Assembly (NCBI RefSeq): GCF_003704095.1 | Contig: NW_020844638.1 | Location: 186,001-250,000, forward strand | Source of the DNA: Pocillopora damicornis | Lineage: Eukaryota | DNA length: 64,000 bases | Direction of reading: 5' to 3' | Shown here: positions 50,806-63,800 of the stretch, in pieces | Numbering within the stretch: position 1 is the first letter of the stretch | Layout: each line of letters opens with the position of its first letter | The notes under the pieces: generated by a model | Told to the model about the DNA's origin: nothing | The model's database searches: none | The model's input: only the letters and a program-made list of their open reading frames with translations | Position numbers and translations under genes: made by a program

Positions 50806-52274
50806 CCGTTTCCGGCAGTTTTTCTCTTCCTTATCCGATTGCTCGTTCTGATGGAAAATGCTATTCCTAAATGATGTCGGTCACGCTTTACATTCTCTCC
50901 TGGAAAAAAGGGTCTTAACTTTTGAAAATTCCGTGCGAGTACAGCGTAATAACCTCAGTTGTCGGTTAGAATAAAATATAAACTTTAATTGAACCATATT
51001 GTTTGGTCTCCATTGCTGCTGGAGAACATCCTGTTATTACGAACCCTGATCGGATTATCATACTACGAGAAAATAATGAGCGCCAGGGGTGAAACTCAAT
51101 GAGCCGCGTGCAGTCCTAGTTTTGTAACATGATATATAGTTGGCAGATCATCTTGCATCCTTTCACCGTTTTTTTTTTTTAATATCAATTTTTAAAATTA
51201 TTTCGTTGTCTTTAAGGGAAAATCTAATTTATAAGTTTTACTCAGAGGAGAGTTTGCTTATCATCCTATGATCTATATTGTTAAGGGTAAAATCGTAAAA
51301 AGTACAAATAAAAGAAACAGTTATTACATGCATTAACGATCTTAATATTTCACCCGCGAGTTCGAGAAATTGCATTAGACTGAACTTTCAAATTATCATT
51401 AGTACTGGACTCTCTAAATAATTTTGGTTTATTGCATGAACTAAACATCGCGGCAACCTCCTAACTGAATAATTACAATCATGTTGGAGCCAATCAGATT
51501 TATAAACAATGAATATAGATAAATACAGATGTTCAGATAATACCTGGTTATTAATATCTAGTATAACTCTTACTTACTAAAATCACCCTGGCAACAGATC
51601 GTCAGGGTTCAGTTACTCCTGTCATGCAAAAAACCTTAAGGGTAAATAGTTTCTTTACTCCTAGTGATGTTTTTAGTGCACAATGTAAAATACTCATTTA
51701 TATTGATAAGCTACGTCGGTTTAGAATGAAGGTTCACCCGCACGTGATGTGATGAGTTCTATTCGCATTTTGATTGGTCCTTATATTAAATCTGAGCAGT
51801 TTAGAAATACGTTCATCATGTTCGCCGCTTGTCCGACTAAATTGAATATGCTCACTAGTATCATTAACCAAACCATTGAAGGGATTTTGAAATTTTTTGA
51901 GTTGCTAGATCTGATTCCAAAAGAGTAATTGTATGGTTGTTTGAGTTCAAATCAGCTGAACAATGCAACACAAGATCTCGAGTTCTGATTTGTGGAAATA
52001 TTATCCTTCATAAATTTTGTTTACCTTATATGCAATGACCTATTTGTTATTTTTTGTGACTAATATCGGTTTTCTTTTTTAAATTCAATTATGACGGCCA
52101 TTCTCTAAGACATTTCTCCCGTTTTATTCCGATAGGTGTTAATGCAGAGTAGAGTTCATTTTGCATGACCGGTCAATTAATCAACATGATGGAAAATGAA
52201 CAAATTCTTTTTATAAGCACGTTATCAAAGATGAAGTATTCTTTTTTTCCAATGGATAAAATTCTGTTCATCGC

Positions 52275-53336
52275 CTAATCAGTATTTTCACTATAGGCGG
52301 CTTTAACTCCCAGTTCCACTTCATTTAGACGCGTTTGGTTTGGCTCATCTAACTCCTCATCGGTTTTTCCACTTGGTCGTGTTCGCTCTGAGACTGGTTC
52401 TTGCTTACTCGCTGGCAAACAGATATGACGGATCTCACGTCGGAAAGACCTGTTCATACCAGCGTAAATGAATGGATTTATAGTGGAAGAGAAAAACACT
52501 AAGAAACTGACGAACAAAGCCACGTTTCTTGGAAGACTCTTAACGAGTTTGAAGCGAAACAGTAGAGCCAAAATCCATAGCGGGATCCAGCAAAATGCAA
52601 ACACTATTACCACGACAAATAAGGACATGCTGATCTTCAACTCACGCCTGGAGATTTTCACTCGAGAGAAATTATTGCTGCTGGCTTGTAACGACGGCAT
52701 TACATTCTTGTTATGCAGCTTAATGGTTCGGAAAATCTTGTAGTAGCAGAAAGATGTGATAACAATGGGAGCCACGACAAAAACGGGGATAACAATGCTG
52801 TAATGAACGATCTTTTGCGTCTCTTTGAGATGAGTCGTGGAACAAACAGCATAGCCAGGAACGAATCGGATGGCCTGGTTTCCCGCGAATACCTGTATTA
52901 AGATGTACGCGATCGCAATACACCACACAGCTATGATCCAAATTTTGCTTTTCCTCATGGAGAAAAGTTTGGGGTACATGTTTGTCCTCACAATTCTTAC
53001 GTATCGGTTGAAAGCTGTTAAAGCCATTAGGCAAGGTGAGACATATATATTCAGTACGACGAAAAAACCCTGAATGTTACAATAAAAATCACTGAACCGC
53101 CAGTCTCCAGTAATCAATACCGCAGATGAAATTGGCATCACAAATATGGCTGAGCTGAGATCACCCACAGCTAAAGCAACGATGTAAAGATTGGTTGTGG
53201 TTCGGAGACTCTTGCTGCGATACACAGTCCAGCATATGAGAAAATTACCGACCAAGGACACCACATTCAGGATGATCAGGCTTGTGGCCTCTGCAACAAT
53301 TATTCCATTTTCTCTCTCTCCTAGACTCGACGACAT
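52275..53336 (-). CDS. Class A GPCR, melatonin-receptor-like (NRY), intronless ORF; close paralogue of 37523-38650
   Basis: 353 aa with LRTTTNLYIVALAVGD, WRFSDFYC, AFNRY, FVPGYAVC, CWIP, NPFIYAGMN. Candidate 5'UTR intron: acceptor ~53391, donor ~55492. Confidence 0.95.
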   Translation of the reverse strand: MSSSLGERENGIIVAEATSLIILNVVSLVGNFLICWTVYRSKSLRTTTNLYIVALAVGDLSSAIFVMPISSAVLITGDWRFSDFYCNIQGFFVVLNIYVSPCLMALTAFNRYVRIVRTNMYPKLFSMRKSKIWIIAVWCIAIAYILIQVFAGNQAIRFVPGYAVCSTTHLKETQKIVHYSIVIPVFVVAPIVITSFCYYKIFRTIKLHNKNVMPSLQASSNNFSRVKISRRELKISMSLFVVVIVFAFCWIPLWILALLFRFKLVKSLPRNVALFVSFLVFFSSTINPFIYAGMNRSFRREIRHICLPASKQEPVSERTRPSGKTDEELDEPNQTRLNEVELGVKAAYSENTD

Positions 53337-54065
53337 ATCGAGTGCCTGGTTGCAGAGGATATAGCTGACAAGTCTTCGAGGCTACTGGCCCTAAACGAAA
53401 GAAACAATCTAAGAAAAACATTCAAATTCACTCTAAGAGGATGCGAAGTGATATGTGATCTGCTTGACAAGTTGAAGTTGACAATCGGTCTCGTCTCCAA
53501 CCGGAACGAGAAAGTGACAGTTCAATCTATATAAATATTAAGCCACAATTCAGTTTTTGCGTTCATTATATTTTTAATAAAACCTTAGTTTTTACTAAGC
53601 AATTAACACCGTAGTGTTCTTCGCTTCATTGATTACCGTGAAACACAAATATGGTGACTGGAAGATTTCTTTCACAGGTTTCATGTTCGTTGTTGTTTTT
53701 GTTTTTTTTTTTACTATTTTTTTTTTACATGTTAGAAAAGTTCTCCCAAACAGCGAGTTTTGAATTATAATTAGGTTTTTCGAAGAGGATCAGATCTTAA
53801 TATGTTATGTAAATTTAAAATATACTATAGAGATAACAAAATACTGAGTGTAAAACCTCATGATAGCAAACAAAAGAATAGAATTTACTCAAATAGCTAA
53901 GTGTGCTATTTCAGAAAGATCGAAATTTGTGTTTTTCAAGGAAGTAATCATTTCATTTTTACTTGGTGGTGTGAGTTTACACAAGGGTAGCGTATTTCTA
54001 AACAAATTATTTTATCAGAAGCAGAAAAAGACAATTTATTCAAAGAGCCTATTGTGTTATTTCAG

Positions 54066-54793
54066 AAAGTTTGACATTTTTGTGCATCCAGAAAGTCAGT
54101 AATAAATTCATTTCGATTATTTGGCGTAAGTTTATGCAAGGTGTAATGTATTTCTAAACAAATAATTTCATGAGATTTTTCGCAGCATGGCGACCCGATA
54201 CTGCGCGATAACAAAGCACAACAGACACAAAGCATGATGAAAGTGATTTGCTTAAAACTAACCTAAGTATTTTTAGAATTTCTATTTTCCTAGTCGTCCT
54301 GGGGTTATAATTTTGGAAGGCGCCATCCTGATTTTTCAGCTGGAAACCAGCAAACAAAAAATGAAAGTGCTCTTTGTAATTAGCAGCGCGATCACAAGGC
54401 ATCTTTAATAATTCCACCCCAAAAACAACCATGAAAGTTCGACATTTTTGTGCATCAACAAAGTCAGTAATAATTTAATTTCGGTTATTTGGTGTAAGTT
54501 TATATGTGGCGTAATGTATTTCTATACAAATCATTTCATGAAACTTTTCGCAGCGTGGCAACCATACTGCACAATAACAAAGCACAACCAGACACAAAGC
54601 ACAATAGACACAAAGCATGATGAAAGTATTTTTACAATTTCTAATTTCCTAAATGTCCTGGGGTTATAATTTTGGAAGGTGTCATCCTGATTACTTTTCA
54701 ACTGGAAACTGGTAAACAGAAAATGAAAGTGCTCTTTGTAACTAGTAGCACGATCACAGGGCATCTTAAATGATTTCAACCAAAACTAACTAT
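54066..54793. repeat. Diverged tandem duplication, two ~365-bp units
   Basis: 54066-54432 and 54433-54793 align end to end (GACATTTTTGTGCATC..AAAGTCAGTAATAA..GACACAAAGCATGATGAAAGT..GGGGTTATAATTTTGGAAGG..AAATGAAAGTGCTCTTTGTAA) with substitutions and indels. Confidence 0.92.
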
Positions 54794-57700
54794 GATGAGG
54801 CTAGGAGGGGAAATATCAATATTATGGAAAATATTAGCTTTACCACTTGATCGAGTATGTTGCAGTTATATTTTCATTTTGCTGGCTGAGTTACAAGATG
54901 TATTCATATATTATTTATGATTATCATTTTCACCATAATTCTTTGACCTTTTCCCTACGGCAATCAACACCTCCACCTTGCGTAGGAGGTTTAACTCATG
55001 ATTTGCCTCGCCAGTACGTGCCGATGAAATGATAAAAATCTTAACTTGACACCGTAATAGTCATATTCTGGCCTCAACGAGCCATTAAATAAGTTATCAA
55101 GGTTTTTAGTTACAATATAACCTACAAGTGGACTATACGAGCAACTCGTAACGCTGACATGAGCATAGATCACGTAGCTTAATAATTAATAATTACAAGC
55201 AGAAAGGCTTGTTGTTATTCATAAACATTTTTCGGGAGTTTTATGGTATTGAGGCTATTGCAATCAAGAACTCTTCGAATTATTAATATTCTTGAAATTT
55301 CTGTAATTTCAAAAATAAATAGGTGCGGTTTCTGGCTCAAAATTGTCTCAACTCAACACTAAAGTAATACGCTTTGACTGCAGTAAACTTTGTTAAGGTC
55401 ACAATAACTGTGAGTTGTTTGAAAATAACAAATTTAAGCGTTTTAAACGTTCAGGGTAAACAAGCCAGAAAAAGAGAAAAATAACACCTTACCTTCGTAA
55501 ACTGTTGAGCTTTACACTGTGACTATGGACTCTTTCAGTTAGAAATAATACCAGGATTTCCGAAGTCTGGTTGACTTGAAAAAGTGTTGACAATGACGCC
55601 ACGGATCAAAGCCGCAAACAAACTCGGCGACAACGGAAAAGTCACCCCTAAAGTAAAAAATAATATAATGTAACCTTTTATGAATAAATTAAGATATACC
55701 TTTTTAAGTCATGAGAAAGTAGCTTTTTTGATGTACATGAGCAAGTTACGAGACAAAACCCTTTTTTAACAACCAGTGTGAGTATACACTAAGAGTTTTG
55801 TGTTCCAATAAGAATTCTGATGGCTTCAAACACTTCTCAAAATAATTTTCGATAAAACATCACTTTCTAAGTTTGTTTTGACTACTAGCAAAGATATTTT
55901 TTGGGGCAAAATGGAAAATAACTTACTCTCTGATCTGTCGCATTTTTTCATGAAAGCCAAGGAGACAATTGTCCCTAAGCGGGCTTTGTTTACATCACCA
56001 AAACTTGCAATTGAAATCGGTGTCTACTATGACTAAATGTAACGCATGTGTAACAAAAACTAGTAGCTAAATACAGATAATTTTATTGTAAATTTGTAAG
56101 CTTTTACAAGCGGACCCTTTGACACCATGACATACTTGGTCATTTCAATTTAGAAGTCGTCCCTAACGACTTCCTTCTCTCTTTTATTTGCCTCTTGTCA
56201 AAGTTATAACTGAAGGAAGTTTCTTTTAGAAGGCAACACCTTCTTTTTCGATTACATAGATGACCTTAAGTGATTAATGCTTCGATTGACAGCTATTGAT
56301 GAAGGACACACTTAAAAATATATGTAAAATATGAAGCAAAATGAATGGAAGTTTGAGATAAGAAACAACTAATAACTTATTTGTATTCTGACGCTTCCTC
56401 AATTTTCTGCTGTTTTACCTGTAGCTCCAACGTTCAATCCGATTTAGTTCGATCCTGGACTGCGAATTTTCGTTCAAGGAAAGAGGAAGAACGTCTGCTC
56501 ATCATAACCATGCCTGAAACTTTCCCAACAGGCAGATCCCACATCCAAATAATTAGATGTAACGAAGACAAAATATGAAATACAGGGAGAAGATTATATC
56601 TTTTACACTTACTAAATTTTTACATTAAACCACGATGGCACGCTTTAAGTAAGAACTTAAATTCGTGGGTGGGTCTTGTGTTCTGCTGATGACGTAACGT
56701 AAACTCTGCATCATGTTTAAATAGATTGCGTGAGTGGTCCTCGTCAGGAAAGCGCGTAAGTGTGCGTAGGAAGAACGGATCATGGCTCGATGGCACGAAC
56801 CACACATCACGAATAGCGGATTACGTATCACAGATTCTGAGTCACGAACATTTATCATCTTTCACATATCACACTTTTTTCTTAGTAGGAGAACCATTTC
56901 ATTTCCAGAAAAAAAGCAGTTTTGTATTTCATTTATGAATATATCTTAAACTTAATGTCGTTGCGAAAAGCATCGTGCGATAAAAAGAGAAACATTGTTT
57001 GAAACTGTTTTAGTTAAAAAAAAATTGGCCCAATGTGGCGTCGCACAAGGTTCCCATCAATTAGAGCATGTATTCACGGTGCACTCATTAAATATGATGA
57101 ATATTCCTGAATCGTAATTATTTCCCTAAACATAACACTGTGCGGAGAGTTATGGTAATTAAAATTTTAGAGTCATCACCAAGACATTTTCTGTAGCGTA
57201 TGATTTATTTCCTGATAGAATAACATAAAAAAACTGTAAATTAACTAAAATAACTCAAAATATGATGAATAAAAGTTAAGTATGAAGCCTGAATTCTGAG
57301 ACTGACGCATTTTGTCCTTGTCAGTGAATTATTTCAGCTGTTCGTTGGAAAGTGCTGAGGACTAAATTCTAGCCTTGCCAGATGTGATATTTTTAGATTC
57401 ACATAGCGCTTCATACCTAGGCAATCTATTTTAAGTGAAATGATGTTTTTATATTTTATTTTGCTATATTTTGAACAGTTTTGCTATTTTACAAACTCCA
57501 ACTATATCTCATTAGCTGAAGTATAGTATTTTACCGGTTATATTATACAACCAATTTTTTTTTAGCTCGATTTATAATGTCGCAAAAAGTAACGTTATAT
57601 TTTGGCCACACTTTTCTTTGTATTAGATGCACAGATCTTAAAGACCTCAGGTAGTGAATAAACATGTTGGGTGTAAATTTTTGTCAAATATTGTCTCTTA

Positions 57701-60361
57701 TTTCACAGTTACATAATTTATTTTTCCGAATTAATACACAGTTTCTAAGGTTGATGAGCAACTATGTTTCTTACCTTTTTAAAATTATCCTGAAGCCTTA
57801 ATAAGTATTTATCAATTCCTAGACGTTTCTTGGAGCCATTAGGAGTTCCCCACAGTCGTATGTCTAAAATCGTATCACCAGAATCATGAATAACTAATTT
57901 ATGTTGTCAGAATGACGTCATGAAAAACACATTTATCGCTCGCCTCGATTATAAATCAATATTCATGGTGTTTGATTGTCTGTTGTTAGCGAGAAACCAA
58001 AAAACAGCTCGAAAGATATATGTGATCCCAAACGAACTGCCACAGTTATTTACATTTGGGCAAAACAGATATATTTCATGCAAAACGATGTTTGATTCCC
58101 AGATAACCATCCATAAATCACTGATATAAAACTTAGCGCGTCTTATTTATATATGACTTTTCCTGTATAGCTAAAATATCCATAATAACTCGTTTAGTCG
58201 CCACGGCAACCGTTATTTTCAATCCCTAAACCATAGGAGCTCTTTGTCTCGTGAAATGTTAACGCAAATTTGAATAACAATGGGGACTAGTATTGGTGAA
58301 CCTTTCGAACAGATTAGTTTTTTTATCATCATTCCTAAAACATTACTTCCTGGGCGACTTCTCAAGGGAGAGATTCGGCATCAAAATTGTAATTGTTGGG
58401 AACAGACGGGATTTTTTCTCTAATTTAGGGGTTACTTTCGAAGATTGTGCTGTGGTTTACTCTAAAGAACTAGGGTAAAGAGGAGCCTTTCTCCGTTTTT
58501 GGTTCTTGACAGTGATTGGTCAGTTTAGCTCAATGACGCCAATAAGATAAATGCGTTACAGTTGAATAGTTCCCATCGTTTCACTTATCTCGGCAACGGA
58601 AATTGACAAAAATGAACTCTGATTTAAGTTTACTCACTTTTCGCATAGTCCTAAAAGTCCTATCTCATCTACTGCCAGAGGGCAAATACTTTACTGCACA
58701 AATAATCGAGACCAGAAGGCAGAATTAACGTTTTATCCTTTGTTGTTTTCTGCCAAGGTCGCACTGAACTATGCCTCTGTCGCCACTTAGTCTTAAGTAA
58801 GCTATAATTGTCATTGAAATGACGTCTTCAGGCTCGATTCAACATTACGTAGCATTGAAAGGGCTCTGTTAAGACTGCATTAGCTATTTTAATTATTTTC
58901 TTATCAATTTCCTTCTTGTGACGTTAAGACGCAAAATGATACACTTGGAATGGTAATTAAAAGTTCAAGAGAGAGAAGTTTTAAAATGATTGCGAACTTG
59001 CATGATGACGTGCAATGTAGCTTCTACGACAATAGCGTAAGGTCACTTTCAAATCAGGGAGCTACTCCGATGGGAAAGCAATGACAGTGCACTTAGGAGC
59101 AATTATTGACAAATTTTATTATTTGCTATAACATACATAAGTATGAGTATCTTCTATTTTTTGAAGACCATTGGGTAGCACTAAAAGAAAAAAAAAACAG
59201 AAATAAACTAATTGTAAATATATATTGAGAAGGGAATAAATCACTGAGATCCAAAATAACTTGCTGGAATGTAGAGAAGATTTCGTAAATAAAATTCATC
59301 GCAGGCCGTTATATCATTTATTTTTTTCTCCAGTTTAGACCTATCCAGATTTGAACACAACAAAAGAAAGGAAGTTTTTGTTGGGAAATATTAACCCTTG
59401 AACAGATGTATTTGACGAGGACTTATTAGCATGCTCTTTCACTAATAGCTCAGAAACTGTTTAAAAGAGAGTTAGAGACATTTATCCGCTAAATCAGCTC
59501 AGAGAGTTGTCTTAAAGTTACGCAATCGGATTTGAAAACTAGATTTTAACGCAAGGAATTAAGTCATCAAACGATGGTAACTGGAAGAGAGCTAAGTTTC
59601 AGTTGTAACATGAACTCTTGACTCGTAATTTAAACTTTTGCAAGATTTGCTAAACAGTTCTTGAAAATCATTTGATTCTTTTTCATCTTGGCAGAAAAGC
59701 ACAAAAATAATATTCCTTCGAGATGATCAACAGAACCTTAGAATATTTGCTTTTAATAATACCAAAGGAACGCTGTAAATACACCTTATTCGATGTTTAC
59801 AGTATAATATGCGAAGATATTTTGCATGTTGCGTAGTATTTTTCCAAGCCCCAAAGAGGCGTAGAAAATACGAGCAATGATCAAAATGTTCCCTCTTATT
59901 ATATAATAAGCCAGCGAACAACGGAGTTATTATTAGCTATTACAGATCACCTTTAGGTTTATATTCATTTTATGTGCGAAATACATCCTACGGCCTTATC
60001 TGTGCACGTATCAATGACGTAAGGAGTAAGCGAAAGACTAAAACAACACGAACGAAAACATTAAAGCGTTCTTTGTGACCAAACAAAAAAAATCTGTCGC
60101 ACTTAAGGGCTCGTTTCCTTAAATTTCAAGTCTACAAAGCGAAAAAAAAATTTTTTTTGCTCCGTATTTTTGCCCTGTTCTACAGTGCGTTACGCGCTCT
60201 CATGGCCATATTTGGTAAAATGTAATAGTGGAATACTTATTCGAGTTAAGGGCCAGGATGTCGGCTACACTTTCCCTCAAATTTGTTTGTTGGACCTCTG
60301 AACTAACAGGTTTTATTATGTTTCTTTAATTGAAAAATGGTGGAACAAACAATCTTGAACA

Positions 60362-60418
60362 TATATAAAGCTTTTACCGACACTTGGATCAGCTTCATTC
60401 TATAGATGAGCAGGTCAG
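60362..60418 (+). promoter_or_regulatory. Candidate TATA box and short non-coding first exon of the apextrin-like gene
   Basis: TATATAAAG at 60362, donor CAG|GTCAGT at ~60413, and acceptor TATTACAG at 60789 just upstream of the ATG. Confidence 0.5.
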
Positions 60419-60838
60419 TATAACATTACCTGAGATCTGAACATAAAACTCTGGATTTTTTTAACTATTTTATTTTTCATTTCATGTTTTACTGCTTCAG
60501 TTAACCTCATGCAAGCATAATTCACATTCTAACTGAGTTTCAGTCCAGATATAGATAGTTAGACAACTTCAGGCATCCTCAAGAATTCACAAAAATGAAC
60601 CTCCCTTCTTCTTTAAGTCGTAATCATTGTTGTGATTTCTCATCAGTATGAAGCACAATAATGCATTTCATGGTTTGGCATAACTGTGTAGCAAATTGCT
60701 GCAGGCAATAGGTGACCAGCCAGAATGTACGAATAAGTAGATTTTTCATACGCCTTACTCAACAAAACGAACTTTTAACTCTATTACAGGATCTCAATTT
60801 CATCGGAACATAGTTGTCGTTGACATTTATTGATAAAA

Positions 60839-63800
60839 ATGTTGCCTTTCTCTGCGCTCATCCTTACAAGTTTATTGGCTTATTTTGTTACTGAAACCAA
60901 CGCCTATCAAGAACCTCCTAAAGGTCTTCAGTTTCTTGGCGTCGGCTACAATCTTCTTGAAGGAAACCCCGATGGCGGTGATCTGTCCAATGGAGGTATT
61001 GATCCAGGATTGCTCTTTACAAGGAAAGTGTTTAAACTATCCTACGACACAAACAAAGTGTCTGTAGGCAGGCAGTATCTGATTCCAGATCAGGTCAGCT
61101 TTGCGCCAAGGTCTTCTTGCGTTACTACGACAAAGAACGAGGTTTTCTCCGGGTCTAAAAGCTATCAGAACAAACTTACTGTTGATGTATCCGCTAATGG
61201 TAGGTTATTAGCAAGTTCAATCATTCAATTTTATTTCGCTTTTGCTGCCTTTGTTTTTTGGAAAAAACAGACACTTACAAATTAAGCTTTAAACCAGTTT
61301 AGGTTTATTATGTTTATTTTAATCAACACCTGTTGGGGTTATTTGCTGTAAGCTATTTTTTATTGTTCCTTGTATTTTATTGCCTCAGTCAAACATAAAC
61401 ATTAATAAGAAACGGTAAAAGCTGAACAAATATTTTGCAGTAAAAAACGAAGAAATCGAGTTTTGCTATATTCTCAGTATTTTTGTTTTTTCATGTTTCA
61501 ACTGTACCAGTAAAGAAATCATCTAATTCAGATATTTCTGATATTTTCTCGGCCCATTTGTTTATTTTCAAAGGTGGTTATGACGCAGGGTTATGGAATG
61601 TGGCTTTCACTTTGAGTTCAAGTGAGTGCAATATAAACTTCATTTAAAGATTTAAAACATAGTTCGCTTTATCAAGGACACTTAAGCGGACATGGTGCGA
61701 ATCAGCTTTGTATTCCTTGTCTTCAAGAGTATAATCCTTGCCGCCTTTCACTGAATGTAGTTAATGACAGCATGATATGCCAGTTTATTTCTATCAGGCG
61801 ATAGGCACTCAACCGTGTCGAATTCAAAATGATTTATATATGAATGCAGTACTATGTAGGAGTAAAATATGTCTTTATGATAATCATAACGTAATCAACT
61901 TTATAACAAACTGCATCCTTATAGACTTTGAGAAAATGACTAAAGAGACATCCACCTACAAAAATGTGTTTTATGAAGAGAAGAAGGTCTGCAATCGTGG
62001 TCGTGCTCGTTATCAGTTAGATTTGGCCCCAATTAAGAAATTCCCAGTGTCTGAGGACTTTGCTGCTGCTGTTTGTGGTCTACCTGATGATTACTCCGAA
62101 CGAACCTACTTCAACTTTATTGAAAGATGGGGAACTGTAAGTTATCTNNNNNNNNNNNNNNNNNNNNNNNNNNNNNNNNNNNNNNNNNNNNNNNNNNNNN
62201 NNNNNNNNNNNNNNNNNNNNNNNNNNNNNNNNNNNNNNNNNNNNNNNNNNNNNNNNNNNNNNNNNNNNNNNNNNNNNNNNNNNNNNNNACATCATAAAAT
62301 GGCTGAATGGAAGACAAACCCTGGGAACAACGAAGCTATTGCTGGCACATTTGTTATAATTTAAAATTCGGTTGATTTTTATTAAAAAATAATTACTGAT
62401 GTTCATTTAACTTCAGCACATTGTAGTTGAAGTTGAGTTGGGAGAGAAAGTCATCGAGCGCTCAAAAGAAAGCCAGACAGAATTTATAAAACACGCCATC
62501 CAAAATGTAAGTAGCTACGGAATCTAACTTTTTTCTCTGTAATCACATTAATTTCGGGGTGTCTGACCCTCTCACCAGAGAGGCAAATAAATTTTTAAGT
62601 TTTATTAATCTTTTCTGGGACAATAAGCATCTCACTGTCGTCATTGCAGAAACTACGTCTTCCGAAGCTTTCCAAATCTCCCCATAGAGGGCGTTGTGGG
62701 GCTCACACTGTCTGAGCTAAGAAGCTTAACTGAGAACTAAGATATTTTTCATTTGTTTACTTATAGATTAAGGGGTCTGTGTCACCCTCTGGTTCTTTTG
62801 CTGGCTTCTCCGGGTCACTCACAGTTAACATGGACAAATTCCGAGAACAGATGACACAAGAGGATAAATTTGGAAAACACAAAATTGTTCTTACATCTGG
62901 AGGCATGGACATGCCTGAGCCAATCGGATTGAAGCTTGTTCCTGTGTACGAGGCCCTGAACAAAAACTTTTACCAGTTGTCGGGTGCAGGATCTGGGTCT
63001 CCATGCAAACATACGGAATCTCTTCTGAGATCTAGAAAGGATAATTTGGTTCAAATCCTGAAGGAATATCCACAGCTGAAGGGTACCAATGTACCAATTG
63101 GTAAATAAAAGTCTCTTAACCCTTTAACTGCCATAAATGACCAGGACATAGTTTCTCCTTACAATATCAATACAATAGCAAGCAGACAAGTGATGAGAAT
63201 AAAAAAAAATTTTAATTAGGGGATTGTTAGTTGACACAATTCTCCAAACTTTACATAATAAGAATCCTTTGGCAGACAGTAAGGAGAATTACTAATGAGA
63301 TCTTAGAAGTTAAAGGGTTAAATCGCAGGCCTAAAATCGTTGAGGAGTTTTCCTCTGTAAGGGTACTTTTTAAATTTTCCACGTGGACTCAATCTCGTAA
63401 ATGATCATTGGCAATCTATGAAGTGGAGGCTCATACTCAAATTAATACCTCTTCGTCAAAAGGAGGGAAAACCTACTTCCGTTTCTTATTGTTCAATACG
63501 GTCATTGTCTCCAATTTTTTAAAGGTTGGATATAAATTGTTCAGTATTCGAAATTTAAAACGCTAAAAGGAACTAATTATGGTCTTGCGCTGAAAAGCGT
63601 GCCGGAAATGATGACATAATAGTAATGCGTTTGGACGCCTTCTGAAGTCATTTAAAATTTTTTTTATATACCCTTCTGATTTCTTTCTCGTCGTTCTTCC
63701 CTTCCCTTTCACTTCCTTTTCTTTTTCCTCCCTCTCATAGATCCACCTGTAGTTATACCGCTTACCTGGCCCCAGGGAACATATGGCCTTCCCATGACCA

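Noticed and set aside
37523-53336. Opsin identity for any of the class A GPCRs
   Set aside because: None has the retinal-binding Lys at 7.43 (Tyr, Cys, Tyr, Gly and Phe instead).
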